A stretch of DNA of 64,000 bases from Felis catus (taxonomy: Eukaryota), in the NCBI RefSeq assembly GCF_018350175.1, contig NC_058383.1, positions 15,440,001 to 15,504,000 on the forward strand. Reading direction: 5' to 3'. Both the position numbers and the translations under genes were made by a program. Below, one piece after another: positions 14,701 through 32,649 of the stretch. Every line of letters begins with the position of its first letter. Position 1 is the stretch's first letter. The notes beneath the pieces were generated by a model. It was not told the DNA's origin, searched no databases, and saw only the letters and a program-made list of their open reading frames with translations.

Positions 14701-17700
14701 GATGGCATAGCTTTTAGGAGGGTCATCTAACCCGTATCAACAATGAGATGGCCAACGACATTAAGCCAAGAGGCCAACAACTGATATTTGAGGAAAGTCT
14801 GTGTTAACTAATACAAGAAGTCAATAACTTTTATCCAACATTGATCAATCTAGAAACACAGCATAAAGAAACAGCCATCAGAGGAATCAAAAAGAAGAAA
14901 TAGTTAAAAAGAGATTCACTAGAAAGTACTTTTCGGTATGAACCCTCCACACACCTGGATGTTACAGTCTTCAAGTGTCAATTTGATCTTTTAAAAAAAT
15001 TAAAAACACACATAAAGAGAGGCTTTGAGATCTTCTATGAGTAACATAAAAGGACTTTGTTTTGGCTGCTCAGATGCCTTTTTTACATTTCTTCTGGTTC
15101 CCCACCTCTGTTGCTTAAGGCTGAACCCTTAATGTTAAGTGACCTTCAACTATGATGTGGCACAAAGCCTACACTGGAGTTCTGAAAAGCGAAGAAATAT
15201 TATTCTACAAAACATCCACAAGAGGGCAGTACGACCCTCTTTAGTACCCCACAAAAATCAGTTGACACTGACTTTTTAACTTCATTTTCACCTTCGCCTT
15301 AGAATCTTTTCCTAAAAAGCACTAAATAGCTGTGACCTTCATAACAAAGTAGCCAACAGCAAATATATCCGCAGCACATATCTACTTTAAACAGTATTCG
15401 ATGTCTACTGTTAACACTTTTAACACTATTAAATCAAAACACATTTTATTAAGTAGATGTGTGACGTCGAAAAAGTCAGGGCCCCATCCCATACTGGACG
15501 CTACTGCTGACATGCTCTTTTCACTATCCCCTACTTCTGCACCCGCCATCAGTAATAGGCTTAGAACTCTCCATTCTGCTGAGGCAGAAGCAAGCTTCAG
15601 CACAAAACCCCTCAGGACAGTGACCATCAGACTGGAATTGGGCTGGAATTGGGCACAAGGCTGGAATTGGGCACAAGGGTTAAAAACTCACACAATGCCC
15701 CGGGAAGGAAAAAGGTATGCTGAGGAAGGGAAAAAAGAAGATTTAAAAGAAAAAAAAAAAAAATTAGAAGACCGATTCAGTTCACTGTGAATGGATACCT
15801 TTAAGCGATCTTCTAAAAGATCAAGAAACCCAGAGAAAAATATCATATGAAGTTCTCACCTTCGCTGTTCCAGTCTGGGAACCATAGAAAATCTTCACTC
15901 CAGACACTAAGATGTCCTTCTTTTGAAGAGAGATATAACCATTTGTCATCAAATCCCGAGTTGCTTTTGGAACAGATTCATCCTTTGAGTTCTTGCCCTT
16001 GAAGATAAACAACTACACAAAATCCATCAAGTTTGAGTCTTTTCCTAACTTCAGTAGTGATGACAGCACAGACAATAACCGATTTTACTATTCTCTTAAT
16101 CTTTCTGGTGTACTCCTCAAATATTAACCCCTTGATATAATTAGGTCCTTTAAAGGCTGGACCTACGATCCTTAAGGCTATAAAGATTCCCAATTCCTCC
16201 AGGACAGAACTAACTATACACACATTCATCCATAATGTGCTTTATCGAAATAAGACTAGGAACTTACTTTCCAATCCTTAATTAGTGGTAAGAAAACAGA
16301 AGACTACTACTCTTTAAAAGTGCTAAATAGATTTTTCTTATGAAGGCTTAATTTTTCATTATGAACTCTTCCTGTATCTCAAGAGTAAAACATCCACAGC
16401 CCATCAAAGAAAACATAAATAACTTATTTCATAATAAATTTGTCTTTAAAAACTGAGAATAAAATTTTTAGGCATAAAAAAAAAAAAAACCTGTGTAGAG
16501 ACCAAACATAAAAGTGACTGAAAAGTTCCTTTTAGCTTTTCTGAAAACCTTAGAAAATCTGTACTCTAAATTCTCTATAAATCTAATGCCTTAATTCTCT
16601 CCTATAAAAACCAACTCCACTTACCTGCTTCCTGATGACAATCTGGAAACAAATCCAAAGGCTAATGCCAAAGGCAAAGCCCAAATATATGTAAAACCTG
16701 TTTATCCATAATGATATTAAAGGTGAAGAGAAGTTCCATGTATCCAAAGAAGGATCTAAATTTAAAAAATACATACATGTAATTTTACATAAAGTTACAT
16801 ATACAAAGCTGCCCATCCTTATTTTAAGAATAAAAAATAAAATAGGGGCGCCTGGGTAGCTCAGTTAAGCATCTGACTTCAGCTCAGGTCATGACCTCAT
16901 ACTCCATGAGTTCGAGCCCCACATCTGGCTCTAAGCTGTCACAAGCCCAGCAATGGGCTCTGTGCTGAATAGCTAAGAACCTGGAGAGCCTGCTTTGGAT
17001 TTTGTGTCTCCCTCTCTCTCTGCTCCTCCCCTGCTCATGCTGTCTCTCTCTGTCTCTGTCTCTCTCTCAAAAATAAACATTAAAAAATAAAATAAAACCA
17101 ACCTTCATATTCAACAACCCGGCTAAGAATTCTAAAAAAATCAACTCTAATAAAAATAATATACAACTGCATGTGGTCATGTGATAAAATTACCGTAACG
17201 ATGCTAACTCAGAAAAACACAAAATTGTACCTTCATTTGGGTATAGCACTTGGAAGCAAGAGAAGTGAACAAAGTCAAAACACTTTACGTGGAATTAACT
17301 CTGCTGTGTTTTGAGTACTCCATAAGAAAAGCTTTAAAAAATACTATTCTCTTTGCTCTAGTTTTACTTTAAAGACCCACTGTTACTCGCAATGGATCTC
17401 ACACCCCGTTTTTTGGAAAGACGTATGAATGGACCTGGCCTCAAATGTTGAACTGGAGGCAATTTCAAAAGGCGAAGCCTAAATTCTGGGGTTTACAGGT
17501 GCTGGTCCACCGTGGAAAAAACAAACATGGGCTTTGCCGTTGCTGCTCCACCCTGGAAAAGACCAAAAGCCACCAAACACGTGGGTAAAGAAAGTGGGCA
17601 GTTCTCTATGCGTTTTCCTTGAGGTCAGAAGCACAGTTCCTTCTGAACTCATCCCCTAACCTCATGAGGCAACAGCCAGGTCAAAAGCAAGGATCAATCC

Positions 17701-17879
17701 TCCCTTGCTGTCAATGGCTCCTGTCCCGGGCTGACAAGTGCAACAACCTCTGAAGGACGGTCCTCGAGGACGCCACTCCGCCAGGAGAGAGTGAGAAAAA
17801 CGGTTCCCTCTCTCCTTCCCCTCCACGATTTTGCCTGTCGGGGGGCGGGGGGAGGGGGTGGTGGTGACGGCTTACCCAT
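1..17879 (-). CDS. TYW1: TYW1 (tRNA wybutosine synthesis protein 1, flavodoxin + radical SAM), 5' part; gene continues beyond the left edge
   Basis: Spliced exons complement(17876-17879, 16625-16755, 15860-15997, 10344-10445, 8390-8584, 6048-6269, 1-70) join in frame with GT..AG ends. They read MDPSLDTWNFSSPLISLWINRFYIYLGF...KIFYGSQTGTAKGFAASLAE...ATYTDGRPTESAEWF...YAVFGLGNSAY...EEEPFESTSEEE, the TYW1 N-terminus and flavodoxin domain. Confidence 0.96.
1513..1740 (+). mobile_element. Can-SINE (felid type), representative of roughly 45 copies in the window
   Basis: ggggcgcctgcgtggctcagtcggttaag (tRNA-derived A/B boxes), (CT)n tract, aataaa A-tail. Other copies start near 2320, 3926, 7162, 7798, 9076, 13680, 14118, 16846, 30025, 30740, 30974, 37160, 37405, 37900, 40436, 43190, 44584, 45190, 46130, 47138, 47640, 50780, 51476, 52458, 54125, 57630, 59490, 59790, 60269, 61029 and 62035. 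Confidence 0.95.
2684..2721. repeat. (TG)n microsatellite
   Basis: About 19 uninterrupted TG units. Confidence 0.95.
4500..4977 (-). mobile_element. Nested Can-SINEs (inner ~4604-4836 inside an outer copy)
   Basis: The outer element is split at gagagagaat, which recurs on both sides of the inner copy. Confidence 0.85.
6048..6269 (-). CDS. TYW1: TYW1 coding exon 6 (3' boundary inferred)
   Basis: ttgcag|GTTGGC...; VGKNVDKWLWMLGAHRVVARGEGDCDVVKSKHGSIEADFRVWKTKF...CKKGQCESSA. The best phase-0 donor before the in-frame stop is GCG|gtacgg at 6048/6047. Confidence 0.85.
6464..6869. mobile_element. Plus-strand Can-SINE (6494-6707) inserted in a minus-strand Can-SINE
   Basis: The outer copy is flanked by tgcaagagacttt / tgcaaaagacttt; the inner copy is in the opposite orientation. 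Confidence 0.85.
8390..8584 (-). CDS. TYW1: TYW1 coding exon 5
   Basis: ggttag|GTTACT...AACAAG|gtaggt, 195 nt; VTSKNVCAFVVATYTDGRPTESAEWFCKWLEEASSDFRFGKTYLKGMRYAVFGLGNSAYANHFNK. Confidence 0.96.
9484..9855. mobile_element. hAT-Charlie relics (MER58-like followed by MER5-like)
   Basis: ggggctggcaaactatg...tctggccccttacagaa, then cttctccaacttta...gaatcacctggag...ttgagaatcagtg. Similar MER58-like pieces near 165-360 and 12845-13080. Confidence 0.65.
10344..10445 (-). CDS. TYW1: TYW1 coding exon 4
   Basis: poly-T...cccattag|GGATTT...GAAGAG|gttggt, 102 nt; GFAASLAEAVTSLGLPVAVINLQEYDPDDHLVEE. Confidence 0.95.
11440..12110 (+). mobile_element. ERV LTR-like element (MER21-like) in TYW1 intron 3
   Basis: cctaaaacccttggaa, gtttctgggttggtgaacac, ttcctgagttctgtga and ggcatctgaagtgg motifs recalled from MER21-type LTRs. 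Confidence 0.6.
15860..15997 (-). CDS. TYW1: TYW1 coding exon 3
   Basis: ttcaag|GGCAAG...GCGAAG|gtgaga, 138 nt; GKNSKDESVPKATRDLMTNGYISLQKKDILVSGVKIFYGSQTGTAK, containing the flavodoxin FMN-binding loop. Confidence 0.95.
16625..16755 (-). CDS. TYW1: TYW1 coding exon 2 (hydrophobic N-terminal segment)
   Basis: tttag|ATCCTTCT...AAGCAG|gtaagt, 131 nt; (D)PSLDTWNFSSPLISLWINRFYIYLGFAFGISLWICFQIVIRKQ. Confidence 0.95.
17876..17879 (-). CDS. TYW1: TYW1 coding exon 1 (ATGG)
   Basis: Minus strand reads agaATGG|gtaagc inside the CpG island; G plus AT of the next exon gives Asp2. Confidence 0.88.
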
Positions 17880-24139
<6,260 letters not shown>

Positions 24140-24670
24140 CTCCCGTCAAGCTCTTCAGCTCTAAAACACTAAAGCGTTTTCTTTTCCCACGGTCCTCTTT
24201 CCTTTCTGTGGTCTGCCAAACACTTGCTCGGACTGTTTGACGTTTTCCATCTTTGTGGTAACGTGTACACAAAAAAGACTTTTCTGCTAAAGTATCACAC
24301 TGTGGGATTCATGTAGTTTTAACGATAAAGCGGGGTCTGGGGCAAAAATGAAAAATCCAGGATACAAAGGGCAGAGTAGCATTTTGCTGCTGTCTCTTGA
24401 CTTGCACTTTCCAACGTGCACGTTATCTTGGGGGTGAAAAGTTAAGCTTTGTATATTAAGATAAATGTGAGAAGATAGGACGATGTGACAAAAGGGGTAT
24501 TTGCTGAAGAAAACATAACGTCTTATTTCTGCTTAATGAAACGTGTGGCCTGATACAAAGCTTGGATGGTGACTTCCTGATTTTGTGAAAAATAGATCTA
24601 GGACCACTGTGTGGGGCTGAAGTAAGATTCGCAGAACATATGGCTGTACCCTAGATTATTCTCGGTAAAG

Positions 24671-24746
24671 AATAAAGTCATTGGTTTCTAATCCTTAAAG
24701 TTTATAATATATATTAATGTAGTTGCAATTATATGTTATCAATAAA
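24671..24746 (+). terminator. Candidate SBDS polyadenylation signals
   Basis: AATAAA at 24671-24676 and 24741-24746, about 530-600 nt after the stop codon, followed by T/GT-rich sequence. Confidence 0.7.
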
Positions 24747-25050
24747 ACCACTCTTTATTTTTATTAAACCATGGCTTGTGTTTCTAGACAGCTTCCAAGC
24801 TCCCTTCTTTTCTCTGCCTGTTGTCTGGTAGGGTTGGAGAGTTCGCAGCAGGACTAAATAAGCCCCATGAGGAGTGGGTAGAACAGAGCCTGTCTGCTGA
24901 ACACCTGATAAATCTTAGTGATTTGGGATATAATTGAATATAACTATTTTAGTACTTAAATGGACAACATGCAAGTTGTTTTCAATCTGCTTATCTTCAA
25001 AAAGATATTCTAGAACATAAATTAGGGTTTCATTCAAAATTAACATGCAA

Positions 25051-25408
25051 GGGCACCCGGCTGGCTCAGTCAGTTAAGCCTCTGACTCTTGACCTCAGGG
25101 GCATGACTTTGAACCCTGCATTGGGCTCCACGCTGGGTGTGAAGCCTACCTAAAAAAAAAAAAAAAAAACTGGGGCGCCTGGGTGGCGCAGTCGGTTAAG
25201 CGTCCGACTTCAGCCAGGTCACGATCTCGCGGTCTGTGAGTTCGAGCCCCGCGTCGGGCTCTGGGCTGATGGCTCAGAGCCTGGAGCCTGTTTCCGATTC
25301 TGTGTCTCCCTCTCTCTCTGTCCCTCCCCTGTTCATGCTCTGTCTCTCTCTGTCCCAAAAATAAATAAAAAACATGGAAAAAAAATTAAAAAAACAAACA
25401 AACAAACT
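25051..25408 (+). mobile_element. Young Can-SINE (from 25172) inserted in the A-tail of an older short SINE
   Basis: Two consecutive SINE heads; the second is nearly identical to the other young copies. Confidence 0.9.
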
Positions 25409-26499
25409 TAACATACAAACGTATTTTATGGATAGAAGTTTTTAACTAGAAGAGGTTTTGACTTGAAAACCCCAGATGGGTTTTATACGCGTTCAGAATT
25501 CATTGCTAATAGAAGTTCACAGAAATGGACCGTTTTAAAATAATTCCAATCAAAATTATGAAGTCGAAATTGTTTCTTACAGTGTTAGAAGTACTCCTGC
25601 TTGATAACTTGGGAACACAACGCTTTCTGTGGTGCTGAAATTGAATTACTGTTTTAATACCAATCCTTGAGATGGCCCTCACTGGTTCCATTTTACTGGT
25701 GCAGTTTGTTTCATGAAGACAATCTAAACTCAATCCCAAGGGAAGATTTTAAGTAGTCAGGTTTACACTTTATCTCCAGCTTAGACAGTTAAAGCGGTGT
25801 TGCAGATTGGAAGTCCTGGTCACTGGAAGTGTTCATTAGCTGCACCTTGAGCAGGAAAGTTAGAACGTTGCCGTAAGTTTTTCTCATTCTCGTTATCTCC
25901 TAAAAAGCTGGAACCTCTAGAAATGTCAAATGCAGATCACATGTGAGCCATGCTTCTGAACCTATAGAAAATAAAAGATTTTTACCTTATATGCATCTCA
26001 TTACTCAAAAGTAGTTAAAAAATTGTGGTTCTCGGTCATGCTCTCAGTGCCGGTGCTATAATGGGTTGTTCTAAGGATTGAGCTGTTTCTTTTGCTTTGT
26101 CAGTGCAAGCTGTATTGTGTGCTGTTGGTCAGGGTGACGGTTCAGAATTAACTCTCTTCTGTTAACACGGCCCTTTTCTGTGAAGCGTCACCTGTCCCCA
26201 TACACGTGGGACCTCACGCCACTTTGAAACCCCCTCCTAGGCCTTGATTTCACCCTACTTTGTGTTCTAGAGACCTGCTTAAATACCCATCTGGCATGCT
26301 AGACGGTGAGCTCCCCGAGGGCAGGATGAGCCATTGCGCATTTGGACCCAGTAGGTGTGGACTAGATGTCTGTAGAGTAATACATGCTATCTCAGTGAGG
26401 GTGGGTGATGACAAATGTGTCTGCTAATGACTTTTTCAAATCCATCTTGAAAGCTAGAATAGGTGTCAAGGCTTTGAGCCAAAGCTTCCCACCCTTCAT

Positions 26500-26623
26500 A
26501 CTGATGCGTGCAGTTGTGCTGCTTGGTGGCTTCTGATCTGCACAGATCCCCTCGGCCTGAGGGCATTCATCTCTGCCTGCAACCAGCCTCTTGCATTTAC
26601 TTGTCCCGGGTGGTCATACACAC
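26500..26623 (-). pseudogene. Possible NF2-like exon 15 relic (C-terminal region)
   Basis: After attag| reads ..RDK*MQE/..LQAEMNALR vs NF2 [21 protein letters not shown]. Correct strand and order, but the match is short and frameshifted. Confidence 0.4.
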
Positions 26624-26893
26624 CTAATATCCGTGAGGCTGTGATGGGGGGAAATTGGGTAACGCTCATAAGCAGTAGCCACACACATGATTTTTCCTGC
26701 ATGCTGCACTCAAGCCCACATCATGAGGTCCCTACAACTTTGGTAGTAATGAGGCTCCTTATTATCTTTATGAGGTCTTGTTTTTGTTTTGTTTATCAAT
26801 CTGCTCCTACTGAAATTCAAGGTACTGATTATTAGAAAACATTTTTCTGCTGCTGCATCATGAAGATGGTTGTGCATACATATTTTGCCACTG

Positions 26894-27072
26894 GCAGCAT
26901 TCAATGGCTGCAGGGACAAGGGCTAGTGATTTTCATCTCCACGTGTATGTATCTGTGATGATACCCGCAAAATTAATGAGTCAAAATGGAATTTCATGGC
27001 AACAGTTCTTAGCTAAAAGTATAATCTTGACCTCTCAGCTTGGATATTCCAGCTCCTACCCAGGAATGATTT
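26894..27072 (+). repeat. Left arm of a 179-bp inverted duplication
   Basis: Reverse complement of 27585-27763, ungapped, 16 mismatches by manual alignment. Confidence 0.95.
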
Positions 27073-27584
27073 CACAAGAATGAGTACATGTAGTTGAATT
27101 GCCCAGGACCCCTTCCAAACACCCCTTGGACGCCCCCGTTTCACCAAATTCCTAGTTGAATCTCTGCAGATTTCTGGTTAGCAGAGAATGGAGGTGAATG
27201 AGTTGTGAAATTGAAGAATGCAAAGTCTTTTACTGCAGAGAAAAGTAGACCTGTCTCCTACACTCAACACTATTTACATCTCAGGAGATCTTTTTGTCTG
27301 GTGAGCCACTTGAATGCCAAAAGATTCATGGTGGAGCTCTTCCTGTGGTCAACAAGCATAGTTGACATGCTTTTCAAGGGAAGAGGGCCACAGACTTATT
27401 TCTTACTGTCATGTGGAGATAGAATCAAGACTAGAAATCTTGCACGTAATTAAGGTAAAATCATTTGTGGATTTATAGTTAAAACTTTGCAGATTATATG
27501 GATGCGGGGGTAGTTCAATATTCGCAAATCAGTCAACGTGATACATCAAAAAGAGAAAGAATAAAAATCATATTATCAAAAACT

Positions 27585-27763
27585 AAGTCATTCCTGGATA
27601 GGAGCTAGAATATCCAAGCTGATAGGTCAAGATTATACTTTCAGCCAAGAATTGTTGCTGTGAAATTCCATTTCAACTCATTAATTTTGAGGGTATCATC
27701 ACGGATACATACACGTGGAGATGAAAATCACTGGCCCTTGTCCCTGCAGGCATTAAATGCTGC
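27585..27763 (-). repeat. Right arm of the inverted duplication, embedded in L1 ORF2 sequence
   Basis: Copy of 26894-27072; L1 sequence flanks it on both sides (..aaaaatcatattatca | insert | cagaaaaagtatttgac..). Confidence 0.95.
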
Positions 27764-28837
27764 TGATCAGAAAAAGTATTTGACGAAGTACAACATCCAT
27801 TCATGATTAAAAACCCTCAACACAGTCAGTTTAGAGGGAACAGACCTCAACATAATAAAGGCCTTATATATATATATATAACCCACGGCTAACATCAGAC
27901 ACAATGGGGGAAAACAGCTTTTCTTCTAAAGTCAGGAACAAGACAAGGATGTCCACTCTTACGACTTTTATTCAACTTAGTACTAGAAGTCCTAGCCACA
28001 GCAATGAAACAAGAAAACCAAATAAAAGGAATCCAAATTGGTAAGGAAGAAGAAACACAGTCACTATGTGTACATGACAGGATACTATATAGAGAAAACC
28101 CAAAAGACTCCACCAAAACATTGCTAGAACTGATGAATAATTCAGTAAGGTGCAGGATACAAAATCAGCATACAAAAATCCATCGCATTTCTATACACTA
28201 ACAACAGGGCAGCAAAAAGAGAAATTAAGAAAACAATCCCATCTACAATTGCACCCAAAATAATAAAATATCCAGGAATTAACTTAACCAAGGACGTGAA
28301 AGACCTGTACTGTGAAAACTATAAAACGCTGATGAAAGAAATTGAAGATGACACAAAGAAATGGAAAGATACCCCATGCCCATGGATTGGAAGAACAAAT
28401 ATTGTTAAAATATCCAAACTATCCAAAACAATCTACACATTTAATGCAGTCTCTATCATAATACCAACAGCATTTTTCACAGAACAAGAACAAATAATCC
28501 TAAAATCTGTATAGAACTACAAAAGACCCTAAATAGCCAAAACAATCTTGAAAAAGAAGAATAAAACTGGAGGTATCACAATCCCAGATTTCAAGATATA
28601 CTACAAAGGGCACTGGCAAAAAGTAGACAAATAGATCATTGGAACAGAATAGAAAGTCAGAAATAAACCACGATTATATAGTCAATCTTTGACACAGGAA
28701 GCAAGAATAAGCAATGAGAAAAAGACAAGTCCCTTCAACAAAACTGGACAGCTACATACAAAATAATGAAACCCAAATGGATTAAAGATCTAGACTTGAG
28801 ACCTGAAACCATAACAATCTTAGAAGAAAGCACAGGC

Positions 28838-29066
28838 GGGGCGCCTGGGTGGCGCAGTCGGTTAAGCGTCCGACTTCAGCCAGGTCACGATCTCGCGGTC
28901 CGCGAGTTCGAGCCCCGCGTCAGGCTCTGGGCTGATGGCTCAGAGCCTGGAGCCTGCTTCCGATTCTGTGTCTCCCTCTCTCTCTGCCCCTCCCCTGTTC
29001 ATGCTCTGTCTCTCTCTGTCCCAAAAATAAATAAACGTTGAAAAAAAATTTAAAAAAAAAAAAAAA
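28838..29066 (+). mobile_element. Young Can-SINE in L1
   Basis: TSD aagaaagcacaggc at 28824-28837 and 29067-29080. Confidence 0.95.
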
Positions 29067-31283
29067 AAGAAAGCACAGGCATCTTTCTAGATATGTCTCC
29101 CAAGGCAAGGAAAACCAAAGCAAAAATGAACTATTGGGACTTCATCAAGATAAAAAGCTTCTGCACAGGAAAGGAAACAATCAACAAGCTAAAAGACAAC
29201 AAAATGAGAAAAGATATTTACAAATGACAAATAACCCAATAAAGGGTTAGTATCCAAAACATACAAAGAACCAATACAACTCAACCCCTAAAAAACATTC
29301 AGTTAAGTGATGAGCAGAAGATATGAATACACATTTTTCCCAAGTTCTATGCTGTTCTGGAAACAGAGCAAAGTTCCCTCCCTGTGTGAACAGATGTGGA
29401 TGGACATTGGCCAGAGGTGACTCTTAGCTTGAGCCTCTGTCCTCACTGATAAAATATGTCCATACCAGAGAGTAGACAGATGTGAGGATCAGATATAAGC
29501 AGAGTATCTATCCAGATTACACTGAGAAGCCAGGCCTTGGTTCTAGTAATCACCACATTGCTCCTGCAAAATGAGGCTCCCAGGAGGACGGGAGCTTAAT
29601 ATAGTAAGCACTTGATAATTCAATAGATGATTCCCTGAATGTCTCCTCAAATCGTGCATCTGTCTCCTATTTATTTCCTCATAGGTTATGAAAATCTAAC
29701 TCCCTACTGTGTTAGGTTTTGAAACTATCAGCAGCACTTTGATTTAATCTAAGCTTGTAAATATCTGCACAAGAGAGTCCGTTAATTATAGTGGTCATCT
29801 TATGATGAAAAGTGACTCTGGGGCTTTCATAGCTTTTTATAGATGAAAAACCCAGAAAGACAAGGAAAAATTTTAAATTCAAAACGTTCATTTGCCATCA
29901 GTGAATGAGGAACCACTATTATCTACTACCCCAACCAATTATTGTGCCTCTCCACAATTATCTAAAATACTTTGCAGAAACTTTGACATTCATAGGACTT
30001 TAAAGGTTTAAAAGTCTATAAAGCTCAGGTCACCTGGATGGCTCAGTGGTTGACCATCCAGTTCTTGATTTCAGCTCAAGTCACGATCCCAGGGCCATGG
30101 GATCAATCCCCGAGTCAGGCTCTGTGCTCAGCGCCAAGCCTGCTTAAGATTCTCTCTCCTTCTCCCACTCCTCCCTCCCCCCTCTAAAATAAAATTTTAA
30201 AGAAAGGTTTAAAGTCTATAAAGTTCTGTAACTAAAACAGTTTGTAAGAGTCTTTATCTCTTTATATTAAGTGGAAGGAAACACAACAGAGGAAACCACA
30301 GAACATAATTAAGTTTGGTCTTGCTTCGGACCTTGAGATTAGATCATCAGCTGGCCCAAGCTCTTGATAGAGTTCAGAAGCTTGTAAGTTTCGTTTTCAT
30401 ATCAGCACAAACTAAGCTATTTCACGGCACGGCATTAACAAGCACTTGAGTCAGTGATTTGATTCAGAGTTTCCTTTCATTTTGAAGGTAATTCCTTTCT
30501 TGGGGGGAGACCCATATCTCTGATCTCATATTTTGCTTTTTAAAACAGAGAGCATATACCGTTCTCTTTGTACATGGTCATTCTGTTACTTTTGACCAAA
30601 AATTATTACGAGGCAGTTAGTAGACGAGAAGTATCCGCCAGGTAAGTTATGGCGTTAGGTTAGGTTTCCAAGCAGGAAGATAAGTAACTTCTCAGAAGAC
30701 ATGTCAGGGGAGGGAGGGTTGGGGGTTTTGTTTTTGTTGTTGTTTTTAAGTTTATTTTCTTTAAAGAGAGACAGGATGAGTGGGGAAGGGGCAGAGAGAG
30801 GAGAGAATGCAAAGCAGACTCCACACGGTCAAGCGCAGAGGCTTGAACGTGGGGCTGGAACTCACGAACCGTGAGATCATGACCTGAGCTGAAACCAAGA
30901 GTCAGACACTTAACCCACTGAGCCACCCAGGCACCCTAGAAGACATTTCAGTTTTAAAAATTGGTCCTTCTCAGGGCCCCTGAGTGGCTCAGTCAGTTAA
31001 GCATCCGACCTCGGCTCAGGTCATGATCCCCCCCATTTGTGGGTTCAAGTCCTGCGTCAACCTCTGTGCCAACTCAGAGCCTGGAGCCGGCTTCGGATTC
31101 TGTGTCTCCCCCTCTCTCTGCCCCTCCCCTGCTCGTTCTCCCTCTCTCTCTCTCTCTCTCTCTCAAAAATAAACATTAAAAAATTTTTTTAATTGGTCTT
31201 CTCCTTTAGAAGGAATACCAAGCAAATGGCATAGAAATAAAGTCTAGTGTAAAACACCAAATTTCTAATGAGAATGAACTCAC

Positions 31284-31380
31284 TTTTTTCTGAGCCCTTA
31301 TTTCCTTGGCCTCTGCATTTGATGCCTCTCAGACGAGGCCACTTTCATAGAGACACTCTGCCAAAACACAGCTGTAGAAT
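31284..31380 (-). pseudogene. NF2-like exon 10 relic
   Basis: tgtcag|ILQLCFGRVSL*.../AEAKEIRAQKK|gtgagt vs NF2 ILQLCIGNHDLF...AQAREEKARKQ; 97 nt versus 114 (internal deletion). Confidence 0.8.
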
Positions 31381-31532
31381 CTGACATGCAGTCCACCGGC
31401 CACCCAGTCTTCTGCCTCACGAACTCCAGCGCCCCACGCACACCTCAGGCACTTCCCTCAGAAGCCACCGTGGGGGTGCGGGCAGGTGCACGGGTAATTT
31501 ACCCCCGAAGGGCTCATGGACATCTTGCAGTC

Positions 31533-31761
31533 CTTTTTTTTTTTTAATGTTTATTTATTTTTGAGACAGAGAGAGAGACAGAGCATGAATGGGGGAAGAT
31601 TGGGGGAAGGTCAGAGAGAGAGGGAGACACAGAATCCAAAGCAGGCTCCAGGCTCTGAGCTGTCGGCACAGAGCCCGACGCGGGGCTTGAACTCACAAAC
31701 CGCGAGATCGTGACCTGAGCCAAAGTCGGAAGCTCAACCGACTGAGCCACCCAGGCGCCCC
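31533..31761 (-). mobile_element. Can-SINE
   Basis: TSD ggacatcttgcagtc at 31518-31532 and 31762-31776. Confidence 0.95.
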
Positions 31762-32086
31762 GGACATCTTGCAGTCTTAAATGTGCTTGTAGGACAATAC
31801 TTTCCTTTTCAAAAGGCCAAAGACTATCCAATGACAAACTTCTCTCTCTCTTATACTTCTTTATCGTCGTACAAATTCATCGTGGTGGTTTCACTTTTCG
31901 ACTCCGGCTCTCTACAGTAACAATTAATAAATTCCCATTTCCAAGGTTTGCAGAAATATTGAGTGTACCCAGAGCTTTTCGGAGAAACTACTCTCAGCAA
32001 TTTCTTTACCAAATTTGCTCAAATAAAATAATGAACACGGCCGAATTTTCCCTGCATGTTTGCTGATTCAGTACTTTCTATCGGTA

Positions 32087-32442
32087 CAATTGACCTTTCA
32101 ATAACCCAGGGGTTAGAAGTGCCAGCTCCCCTCCCCACCCCCCCTACCCTCTCCACCAGGGGAAAAATCCCCCTATAACTTTTGACTCCCCAAACACTTA
32201 ACTACTAATAGCACACTGTTCACCAGAAGCCCAATATCATAAACAGCTGATTAACGCATATTTTGTACATTACATGCATTATATACTGTATGCTTATAAT
32301 AAAGTGAGCCGGAGAAAAGAAAATGTTAAGAAAATCCTAAGGAAGAGAAGACACATTTACAGCGCTGTGCTGTACTTAACGAGAAAAATCCACATGTGAG
32401 TGGACGCACACATTTCAACCTGTGTTGTTGCAGGGTCGACTA
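32087..32442. mobile_element. Tigger2-type (TcMar) non-autonomous DNA transposon
   Basis: Imperfect terminal inverted repeats caattgacctttcaataaccc / cctgtgttgttgcagggtcgacta, with TA on the left flank. Confidence 0.75.
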
Positions 32443-32649
32443 TTCAAAGCGCAGCAACTGTGTGTCTGGAGTGTGGTTCAGACATCAGTTCATTTTACCC
32501 TGTCTTCAAAGTCATCCCGGTTTTCAGCATCCTTCATATATGGAGAGTGTGCAGTTACCTAAGCACCCGGGGCACAATTCCATGGCAGGGTCCAGAATTT
32601 AGATATAAATGTTTGTGTTCGGATATTACTATGTTATTTTAGAACATGA

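Larger units (their letters stand above)
27497..29340 (+). mobile_element. LINE-1 ORF2 fragment (carnivore-type), degenerate
   Basis: ORF2-like peptides [51 protein letters not shown] and KWIKDLDLRPETI; interrupted by the inverted copy and a SINE. Confidence 0.92.

Noticed and set aside
15632..15679. Short direct repeats (ctggaattgggcacaagg x2; similar micro-duplications near 2888, 5800, 43508 and 52880)
   Set aside because: Ordinary slippage duplications with no sign of function.
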